In this document: positions 8,401-15,614 of the stretch, piece by piece | How positions within the stretch are numbered: the stretch's first letter is position 1 | Layout of the letters: every line of letters begins with the position of its first letter | NCBI GenBank assembly: GCA_037444445.1 | Contig: JBBIMK010000003.1 | Location: forward strand, 1-32,000 | Source: a bacterium | GTDB taxonomy: Bacteria; UBP7; UBA6624; JBBIMK01 | DNA: 32,000 nucleotides | Direction of reading: 5' to 3' | Made by a program: the position numbers and the translations under genes | Notes under the pieces: generated by a model | Seen by the model: the letters and a program-made list of their open reading frames with translations, nothing else | What the model was told of the DNA's origin: nothing | Database searches by the model: none

Positions 8401-9624
8401 GTGAAAAAAATGACGCACCTGCCCTGGGTAAAAAAAGGATTCTGGGGAATTTCGGTCGGGATGCTTGTATTTCTGCTGAGGTCGGGATACGCTCAGCCTC
8501 CCACCTTCACCGGAAGCCCTGTGGAAGGCAGAAGAATTTTTGTGTTGAAGGGATGCGTCCGGTGCCATTCGGTGTGGGGGGAGGGAGGAAAAATTGGGCC
8601 TGACCTGGCCCGCACCACCGGGCGAAATTTCTACGAAATGGCTGGGTTGATGTGGAATCATTCTCCCCAGATGCTGACAAAGATGCGGGAGACAGGCACA
8701 CCGGTTCCAACGCTTTCTTCCGATGAAATGGGCCATCTTCTGGCTTATCTTTCCTTTCTCACCTATTTTGATGAGCCTGGCGACTTCGCCCGAGGGGAAG
8801 AGTTGTTTACTCAGAAAGGTTGCATTCTGTGCCACTCAGTGGGGGGCAAAGGAGGTAATGTGGGACCTTCTCTGGATAAATTTGCCGGGAAAATGTCCCC
8901 GGTTTATCTGGCTCAGGCCATCTGGAACCACGGACCCGCAATGACGGAGAAGATGAAAGAGAAGGGGATTTACCGCCCCACCTATGAGAAAGGAGAAATG
9001 GCGGACCTTCTGGCATTTATTCGGGGAAGCGCCCTTTCCGATGTTCGGGAACGGACCTTCGCTCCACCGGGCAATGCGGATTCAGGCAAGGCACTCTTTA
9101 CCTCCAAAGGGTGCATCCGCTGTCATTCCATTTATGGTAGTGGTGGAACAGTAGGACCCGACCTGGGCAAAATCGGTTTGAGCAGAAGTGTCACCGAAGT
9201 AGCAGGGTTAATGTGGAATCATGCCGTAAAGATGTGGGGTAAAATGAAAGAACTGGGCATTCCCATCCCCAGGTTTGAAGAGAACGAAATGGCAGATATT
9301 TTCGCTTATCTTTATCAGGTTGGCTACCTCGGTGAGAGGGGAGATGCCAGCAGGGGAAAGATGGCCTTTAGCCAGAAAAAGTGCAAGGTTTGCCACAGTG
9401 TGAATGGTGTGGGTGGGGATGTAGGACCGGATTTAGCGAAGAGCCCTGTTACGGCATCTCCTGTTTCTCTGGCGTCAGCGATGTGGAACCACGCTGCCAC
9501 TATGTATGAATTGATGCGTTCCAGAGGCATCGCCTGGCCCATCTTCCGGGGCAGTGAAATCTCCGACATCATCGCCTACATCCGCACTGCAAAAAAAACT
9601 TCTCCCCCTCTCCCATCCCGATGA
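8401..9624 (+). CDS. secreted tetra-domain class I c-type cytochrome (4 x monoheme domain), paralogue 1
   Basis: The ORF is open from GTG 8365. I prefer GTG 8401 because GGAGG (8387-8391) lies 9 nt upstream. ATG 8410 is also possible. Signal peptide GISVGMLVFLLRSGYA. Four CXXCH sites (CVRCH, CILCH, CIRCH, CKVCH), each in a ~100-aa repeat G..F..KGC..CHS..G.GG..GP.L...WNH...M. Confidence 0.8.
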   Translation: MKKMTHLPWVKKGFWGISVGMLVFLLRSGYAQPPTFTGSPVEGRRIFVLKGCVRCHSVWGEGGKIGPDLARTTGRNFYEMAGLMWNHSPQMLTKMRETGTPVPTLSSDEMGHLLAYLSFLTYFDEPGDFARGEELFTQKGCILCHSVGGKGGNVGPSLDKFAGKMSPVYLAQAIWNHGPAMTEKMKEKGIYRPTYEKGEMADLLAFIRGSALSDVRERTFAPPGNADSGKALFTSKGCIRCHSIYGSGGTVGPDLGKIGLSRSVTEVAGLMWNHAVKMWGKMKELGIPIPRFEENEMADIFAYLYQVGYLGERGDASRGKMAFSQKKCKVCHSVNGVGGDVGPDLAKSPVTASPVSLASAMWNHAATMYELMRSRGIAWPIFRGSEISDIIAYIRTAKKTSPPLPSR

Positions 9625-12047
9625 AAATCAGCCGGCGGGACTTCCTGAAGTGGAGCGGAGGAACGGCGGTTGCCGCCGGTGTGCTTCACCGCCCCCTCTC
9701 TTCCCTGCTTCAGGAGGATGCGACCCTTCCTGACTGGTCTACGGGCGTTGAATCCACCTTTTCTACTGCTTGCACTCTGTGCCCTGCTGGGTGCGGTATC
9801 CGAGTTCGGATTGTGGACGGAAAAGCGGTCTCTCTGGAGGGCAATACTCTTCATCCTATCACCCGGGGAGGCATTTGTGCGAAAGGGCTTTCCGGACTTC
9901 ATATCCTGTATAGTCCTGAACGAATTCAAACTCCTCTAAAAAAGGTGGGCGACCGGGAAACCGGGCGATGGCAACCTGTCTCCTGGGAGGAAGCCATTCA
10001 GGCCGTGGCGAAACGGCTACAGGAATTCCGCGAACAGGTATCCCCTCAGAGTATGGTCTTCCTGGATGGTCGCCCTTTCGGGCTGATGCATCAACTCATC
10101 CATCGCTTCACACAAGCCTACGGAACGCCGAATCACATTGCCGATTTCTATGGAGATGGGATGTCTTCCGTCGTGTATGCAATGCAGGGAATTCGCTCTC
10201 TGCCGGCTTACGATTTTGCCCGCTCCAACTACATTCTTTCCTTCGGTGCTTCTTTAATGGAAGCAGGCTGGTCGCCCGTGGGTTTTGCCCGTGCCTACGG
10301 TGAGTTTCGCCAGGGTAGTGGGCGAAAACGAGGAAAATTGGTTCAGGTGGATACTCGCTTCTCCGCCACCGCGGCGAAAGCGGATGAATGGCTTCCCATC
10401 CGCCCGAATGCCTATTCCGCTCTTGCACTCGGAATCGCTTATGTCATTGTGAAAGAAGGCCTGATTCACCAAAACTTCATCAATACTTTTACCGAGGGGT
10501 TTGAGCAGTGGAAGGCGGTCGTGCTGGAGGAGGGGCGCCCGGAACGCGTTTCCTCTGTCACCGGAATACCCGTAGATAGGATATTCCGTGTGGCGCGGGA
10601 ATTTGCTACCCATTCTCCAGCAGTAGCTGTGGCTGGATATGAAGCCTCTTCCGGTACATCCGGTTTTTATGCCGGGATGTGTATCCACAGCCTGAATGCC
10701 CTCGTGGGCTCCATTGATGTACCGGGGGGCGTTCGCTTTGAACCTCCTGCCCCTTTCCCAGAATTGGAAATCCCTCTGGATGAAATTGCCAAACGCTCTC
10801 TGTCTCATCCAAGGATAGACTCTGTAAATCGCATGGAATCTATTTCTGAAAGCCACCCATTTGCCCTCTCTCAAGCAATTCTTTCATCCACTCCCTATCC
10901 GGTTAGCGCCCTTTTCCTGTATTATTCCAACCCTCTTTATTCTCACCCCAATCCCAATTTGTTTCGGGAAGCAATCCAGAAGGTTCCCCTCCTCGTGAGT
11001 TTTTCTCCTTTTATGGATGAAACGACAGCGCTTTCAGATTTTGTGCTTCCCGACCACACCTATTTAGAGCGATGGCAGGATGTTCCGTATATACCCAATA
11101 CGGGAACCCCCGTGGTGAGCCTTGCACAGCCGGTGGTGAAACCTCTTTACGATACCCGGCATACGGGGGATGTTCTGCTATCTTTAGCCAGGGCGATTGG
11201 GGGCGTGATGGCGAATGCGTTTCCCTGGGAAACCTATGAAGATTACTTGAAATGGAACTTTCACGGACTTTATGAAAGCCATTCCGGAACTCCTTTCCTT
11301 CCCCCTCTGGAGTTAGAGGAAATCCGTCGTCTGGAGGAAGCCGGGTTCTCAAAACCCGCTTTTACCTCTTTTGACGACTTCTGGGATGCCCTGGTGAAAT
11401 CCGGGGGCTGGGTGGACCCGGTTTACTTCTATAACGAGTGGAATCGGATTTTTCAGACCCCATCACGGAAATTTGAGTTTGTCTCCAGCCTCTTACGCTC
11501 TGCTTTTGAATCGGCTTTTCAAACAGGAAGTAAAAAGGGTCAAACGGTTGGAGAAGTGCGTGAAAGGCTCCTGACGGACTGGAAGATTACCGCTCGTGAT
11601 GAGCGATTATTTATGCCTCACGATGAATTTCCTCCCCTGGCAGGAGAGGGGGAATTTCTGTTGAATCCTTTTAAGCCTTATACGCTATCCACCGGTAGCC
11701 TTTGCAATCTTCCGTTTTTATATGAAATTTTAGGTTTTTTGGTGAATTCCCAGTGGGAGTGCTGGCTGGAGTTGCACCCGATAGATGCGGAAAAACTGGG
11801 TCTTCAGAATGAAGAAAAAACCTGGCTCAGGCTGGGAGAAAAGCGATGGTCGTGCAGGGTAAGAGTTACGCCGGGTGCTCAACCCGGTGTCGTGAACCTG
11901 CCTTTTGGATTTGGCCACAGGGCTTACTCCGCTTTTTCCACTGGAATGGGTGCAAACGCATTTGACCTGCTGGAAGGCAGGCTCAGCCCCCTTACTGGTC
12001 TTCCGGAACTTTATACCCGGAAGGTTCGCATAGAAAAAGCCGAGTGA
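9621..12047 (+). CDS. Tat-exported molybdopterin-oxidoreductase-fold subunit, paralogue 2
   Basis: 808 aa with leader MKISRRDFLKW. FS0 group CTLCPAGC...CAKG. Motifs LEGNT, YGTPN, ILSFGASLMEAG, VDTRFSATAAKADEWLPI. C-terminal barrel WLELHPIDAEKLGLQNEEKTWLRL. ATGA overlap with the upstream cytochrome gene at 9621-9624. Confidence 0.85.
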   Translation: MKISRRDFLKWSGGTAVAAGVLHRPLSSLLQEDATLPDWSTGVESTFSTACTLCPAGCGIRVRIVDGKAVSLEGNTLHPITRGGICAKGLSGLHILYSPERIQTPLKKVGDRETGRWQPVSWEEAIQAVAKRLQEFREQVSPQSMVFLDGRPFGLMHQLIHRFTQAYGTPNHIADFYGDGMSSVVYAMQGIRSLPAYDFARSNYILSFGASLMEAGWSPVGFARAYGEFRQGSGRKRGKLVQVDTRFSATAAKADEWLPIRPNAYSALALGIAYVIVKEGLIHQNFINTFTEGFEQWKAVVLEEGRPERVSSVTGIPVDRIFRVAREFATHSPAVAVAGYEASSGTSGFYAGMCIHSLNALVGSIDVPGGVRFEPPAPFPELEIPLDEIAKRSLSHPRIDSVNRMESISESHPFALSQAILSSTPYPVSALFLYYSNPLYSHPNPNLFREAIQKVPLLVSFSPFMDETTALSDFVLPDHTYLERWQDVPYIPNTGTPVVSLAQPVVKPLYDTRHTGDVLLSLARAIGGVMANAFPWETYEDYLKWNFHGLYESHSGTPFLPPLELEEIRRLEEAGFSKPAFTSFDDFWDALVKSGGWVDPVYFYNEWNRIFQTPSRKFEFVSSLLRSAFESAFQTGSKKGQTVGEVRERLLTDWKITARDERLFMPHDEFPPLAGEGEFLLNPFKPYTLSTGSLCNLPFLYEILGFLVNSQWECWLELHPIDAEKLGLQNEEKTWLRLGEKRWSCRVRVTPGAQPGVVNLPFGFGHRAYSAFSTGMGANAFDLLEGRLSPLTGLPELYTRKVRIEKAE
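9632..9706 (+). repeat. Second copy of the 75-nt identical tract (partner of 3989-4063)
   Basis: Identical at all 75 positions to 3989-4063. Encodes RRDFLKWSGGTAVAAGVLHRPLSSL in both genes. Confidence 0.95.
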
Positions 12048-12054
12048 TGAGAAG

Positions 12055-12750
12055 ATGCCGCTCTGGGGAATGATAATTGATTTAGACAAATGCACCGCCT
12101 GCCGGGCTTGCATTATTGCCTGCAAAGTGGAGAACAACATTCCCATTTCTTCCCCACAAACGGTGAGGGAACATCGGGTGATAAACTGGCTGGAAATGGT
12201 TTTATTTCCCGAAGAAGGCCGGGAGGAACACCCGTGGAAGGTGCGCATCCTTCCCCGCCCCTGCTTCCATTGCGATAAGCCACCCTGCATCAAAGTATGC
12301 CCGGTATTTGCCACCTATAAAAATGAGGAAGGAATCGTAGCGCAGATTTACCCCCGCTGTATCGGGTGCCGATATTGTATGAACAACTGCCCGTATAATG
12401 TGAAGAAATTCAACTGGTTTGAGCCACACTGGCCAGAAACGATGAAGCAGTGTTTCAACCCGGATGTATCCGTGCGACCCAGGGGGGTTGTGGAGAAATG
12501 CACTTTCTGCCATCATCGGCTTATCAAAGCGGAAGAGATGGCAAAAGCAGAGGGGCGTGAACTCCAGGATGGCGACTATCTCCCCGCTTGCGTTCAAGCC
12601 TGCCCAGCAGGTGCCATGTATTTCGGCGACCTCAACGACCCCAACAGCCAGGTGTACCACTTATCCAGAAGTCCTCGTGTTTTCCGGCTCCTGGAAGATA
12701 TGGGAACAGAGCCCAAAGTCCTTTATCTCACGGAGGAGAAATCGGAATGA
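12055..12750 (+). CDS. four-cluster [4Fe-4S] ferredoxin subunit, paralogue 2
   Basis: 231 aa with Cys groups CTACRACIIAC, CFHCDKPPCIKVCP, CIGCRYCMNNCP, CTFCHH...CVQACP. Collinear with 6328-7008 and clearly the most similar of the four paralogue pairs by eye. Confidence 0.9.
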   Translation: MPLWGMIIDLDKCTACRACIIACKVENNIPISSPQTVREHRVINWLEMVLFPEEGREEHPWKVRILPRPCFHCDKPPCIKVCPVFATYKNEEGIVAQIYPRCIGCRYCMNNCPYNVKKFNWFEPHWPETMKQCFNPDVSVRPRGVVEKCTFCHHRLIKAEEMAKAEGRELQDGDYLPACVQACPAGAMYFGDLNDPNSQVYHLSRSPRVFRLLEDMGTEPKVLYLTEEKSE

Positions 12751-14129
12751 AATATGTTCAGATTGACCCGAAGAATCTGGGGCATGAGGAAAAACTTCTT
12801 CAGCCGCTTTTAAGAACTACACCTGCTTTTTACTGGACCATTCTGATACTTTTCATTCTCGTCGGATGGGGGTTCTATGCCTATTCGGTCCAGGTTCGGC
12901 GCGGTCTGGGGGTTACTGGCTTGAACCAGCCGGTCTACTGGGGATTTTATATTGTGGATTTTGTTTTCTTTATCGGGATCAGCCATGCGGGAACCTTGAT
13001 TTCTGCGATTTTGCGTGCCACGCAGGCAGAGTGGCGTCGGCCCATCACCCGCTCCGCTGAAGCCATCACCGTTCTCGTTCTCCTCATCGGCGGCATTCAA
13101 CCCATCATTGATTTGGGTCGCCCCGACCGAGTTCTCAACGTCCTCCGAACGCCCAATCTCCGTAGCCCCCTCCTCTGGGATGTGATTTCTATCTCCGCTT
13201 ACCTGACCTGCTCCAGTATCTATCTATGGATTCCTCTCATCCCGGATATTGCCATCTTGAAACAGCGAGTTCCTCGTTTCCGATGGCTTTATTCTCTCCT
13301 TTCTGCCGGGTGGAAAGGCACGGAAGAACAGTGGCGAAAATTGGGCAAAGCCATCTCCATTATGATGGTGATTATCATCCCCATCGCTGTGTCCGTTCAT
13401 ACCGTCGTTTCCTGGGTGTTTGCGATGACCGTTCAACCCTTCTGGCACAGTACCATCTTCGGACCCTTTTTTGTCGCGGGAGCTATCTTCTCCGGTATTG
13501 CCGCTATCATCGTGGCGATGGCAATCATCCGAAAGGTCTATCACCTGGAAGATTACCTGAAGCCAGTGCACTTCAGTAATCTCGGCATTCTTCTTCTGGT
13601 AATGTCTGCCATCTGGTTGTATTTCGTCATTGCCGAACATCTCACCTCTTATTACGGAGCAGAACCCGCTGAAATGACCATTCTGTGGGATAAACTCTTC
13701 GGCCGATATGCTCCCGTATTCTGGACGATGGTGATAGCCAATTTCATCATTCCCGTGGCCCTCCTTTCTTTCCGAAAAACAAGGACAGTGCCGGGCACGG
13801 TGATTGCTTCCATTTCTGTTATCATCGGTATGTGGCTGGAGCGCTATCAGATTGTGGTTCCCACGCTGGTGAATCCACGCCTCCCTTACCCCCGTGGTTT
13901 GTATTTTCCCTCCTGGGTAGAGTGGTCCATTCTCGTAGGCTCTTTCTCCATTTTCATCCTCTTTTATGTTCTCTTCACCAAGTTTTTTCCCATCATTTCC
14001 ATCTGGGAAGTGAGAGAAGGGAAAGAACTGGGTATAGAAGAGACGCTGGAGCGATTAAAACTGTATCAACCGGAGGAGGGGGAACTGACCAGACCCGGGT
14101 TGCCCGGGCTTCACCTTAAGAAGGAATGA
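12747..14129 (+). CDS. NrfD-family integral membrane subunit (~10 TM), paralogue 2
   Basis: The track ORF starts at 12588, but that extension overlaps the ferredoxin gene out of frame. I set the start at ATG 12747 (MKYVQIDPKNL), which forms an ATGA overlap with the ferredoxin stop as in paralogue 1. The core GLNQPVYWGFYIVDFVFFIGISHAGTLIS is conserved. Confidence 0.85.
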   Translation: MKYVQIDPKNLGHEEKLLQPLLRTTPAFYWTILILFILVGWGFYAYSVQVRRGLGVTGLNQPVYWGFYIVDFVFFIGISHAGTLISAILRATQAEWRRPITRSAEAITVLVLLIGGIQPIIDLGRPDRVLNVLRTPNLRSPLLWDVISISAYLTCSSIYLWIPLIPDIAILKQRVPRFRWLYSLLSAGWKGTEEQWRKLGKAISIMMVIIIPIAVSVHTVVSWVFAMTVQPFWHSTIFGPFFVAGAIFSGIAAIIVAMAIIRKVYHLEDYLKPVHFSNLGILLLVMSAIWLYFVIAEHLTSYYGAEPAEMTILWDKLFGRYAPVFWTMVIANFIIPVALLSFRKTRTVPGTVIASISVIIGMWLERYQIVVPTLVNPRLPYPRGLYFPSWVEWSILVGSFSIFILFYVLFTKFFPIISIWEVREGKELGIEETLERLKLYQPEEGELTRPGLPGLHLKKE

Positions 14130-15355
14130 TGAATCACTTGAAAAATTGTGCACCTCTGCTGGCTGTATCTCTCGTTGCAGGAATTTTACAACTGCTGTGG
14201 GCTTCACATCTATACGGTCAAAAAGGGGAAGCGAATTTTCTACCGGATAACCCCCTCAAGGGGCGAGAAACATTCGTTCAAAAAGGCTGTGTGGTCTGTC
14301 ATTCCATCTTCGGCGCTGGTGGCACTCTCGGGCCTGACCTCGCCCTCGCCTCACAAGGGAAAGGTTTTCTTGAACTTGCCGGCCTCCTCTGGAATCACAC
14401 CCCCAAAATGATGGAGGTCTTTCAGAAAAAAGGCAAGAAATGGCCCCAACTCTCCCCTGAAGAGATGACGGATATCTTCGCTTATCTCTACTCCCTGAAC
14501 TATTTTGAGCCCGCTGGTAACTTCGTAGAGGGCGAAAAACTCTTTTCAGAAAAACGCTGTGCTCACTGCCATTCGGTGGGCGGCAAAGGAGGAAAGGTGG
14601 GACCCTCTCTGGATAAATACGCCAGAGATGCTTCCGCGATTGCCCTCGGCTCCGCTCTCTGGAATCACTCCCCTGCCATCCTCCAAAAACTCAAGGAAAC
14701 GGGAACTGACATCCCTGTTTTTGAAGGTTCTGAACTGGCGGATATCTTAGCCTATATTCGGGGCGCCTCTCTGGAATTTCACGGACCCCGCCACTATCTG
14801 CCCATTGGCAGCCCCTTGCGCGGAAGCGCCCTCTTCTCCACCAAAGGATGCATTCAATGCCACTCTATCCGGGAGAAGGGTGGAAAGGTGGGACCCGACC
14901 TATCCGAGGTTTCCTTTACTGTGAATGCCGCCTCCATAGCAGGGATATTGTGGAATCACTCCGCCGCTATGCAGGAAAAAATGAAAAACCTTCAGATCCC
15001 CTGGATTCCTTTGTCTCCAGAAGAAATGGCAGACATCATTGCCTATCTCTATTTTCTTGAATACACAGACACTCGTGGCGACCCCGTGAAGGGGAAAAGG
15101 TTATTTGAGAAAGAGCGCGGATGCGGATTCTGCCATAATGGTGGTAAGGAAAGCGAAAAAACTGCACCGGATTTAAGGCAGTCAGAGGCTATGAATTCTC
15201 CGGGTGCTTTCGCTGCCGCAATGTGGAACCACTCTGCTACAATGAACGAATTGATGCGCTCCCGGGGGATTGCCTGGCCTACCTTTCAAGGCAGTGAAAT
15301 ATCCGACATCATCGCCTACATCCGTTCCACGAAAAAACCATTCCCACCCCGCTGA
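14126..15355 (+). CDS. secreted tetra-domain class I c-type cytochrome, paralogue 2
   Basis: 409 aa with a signal-like N-terminus (APLLAVSLVAGILQLLWA). Four CXXCH sites: CVVCH, CAHCH, CIQCH, CGFCH. Same four-repeat organisation and WNH motif as 8401-9624. ATGA overlap with the NrfD-like stop at 14126-14129. Confidence 0.85.
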   Translation: MMNHLKNCAPLLAVSLVAGILQLLWASHLYGQKGEANFLPDNPLKGRETFVQKGCVVCHSIFGAGGTLGPDLALASQGKGFLELAGLLWNHTPKMMEVFQKKGKKWPQLSPEEMTDIFAYLYSLNYFEPAGNFVEGEKLFSEKRCAHCHSVGGKGGKVGPSLDKYARDASAIALGSALWNHSPAILQKLKETGTDIPVFEGSELADILAYIRGASLEFHGPRHYLPIGSPLRGSALFSTKGCIQCHSIREKGGKVGPDLSEVSFTVNAASIAGILWNHSAAMQEKMKNLQIPWIPLSPEEMADIIAYLYFLEYTDTRGDPVKGKRLFEKERGCGFCHNGGKESEKTAPDLRQSEAMNSPGAFAAAMWNHSATMNELMRSRGIAWPTFQGSEISDIIAYIRSTKKPFPPR

Positions 15356-15614
15356 AAGAGAATCCGAAGTTTTCGCAAAAGCATAAAAAATTCCCCCCCA
15401 TTTTTACATTTCTCTGTGGGGTTTACATAATTACTGATTTTTTCACCGCTTCGTCAGAAACTAAAATATGAAAAACTGAGTAAACCGATGCCACCGTCGC
15501 CGGAATCCCTCTCTCGGGTTCAAGTGTCTCTGTTACAAAGTAGAGAGGGACATGGCTCGCATCCGCTTTCTCATCAGGAATTCGGGGATTTGGGATTTTG
15601 AGACTTAGAAGAGT

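Noticed and set aside
3978-12047. Calling the MoPt-fold/FeS/NrfD trios polysulfide, thiosulfate or tetrathionate reductases (PsrABC/PhsABC/TtrABC), or invoking selenocysteine recoding
   Set aside because: There is no Cys in the expected ligand segment and no in-frame TGA. The PGTD motif is degenerate, the membrane subunit is the ~10-helix type, and the trios are associated with ActA-like and class I cytochromes. A specific reductase name would be unsupported, so a generic ACIII/Qrc/Psr-superfamily call is kept.
12588-12746. N-terminal extensions offered by the ORF track (NrfD-like paralogue 2 from 12588; purH from 31702; hbd from 1140; secreted protein from 25754; cytochrome from 8365)
   Set aside because: The extensions overlap upstream genes or lack SDs. 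Internal starts have good SDs or ATGA coupling and give N-termini matching the paralogue or the family norm.
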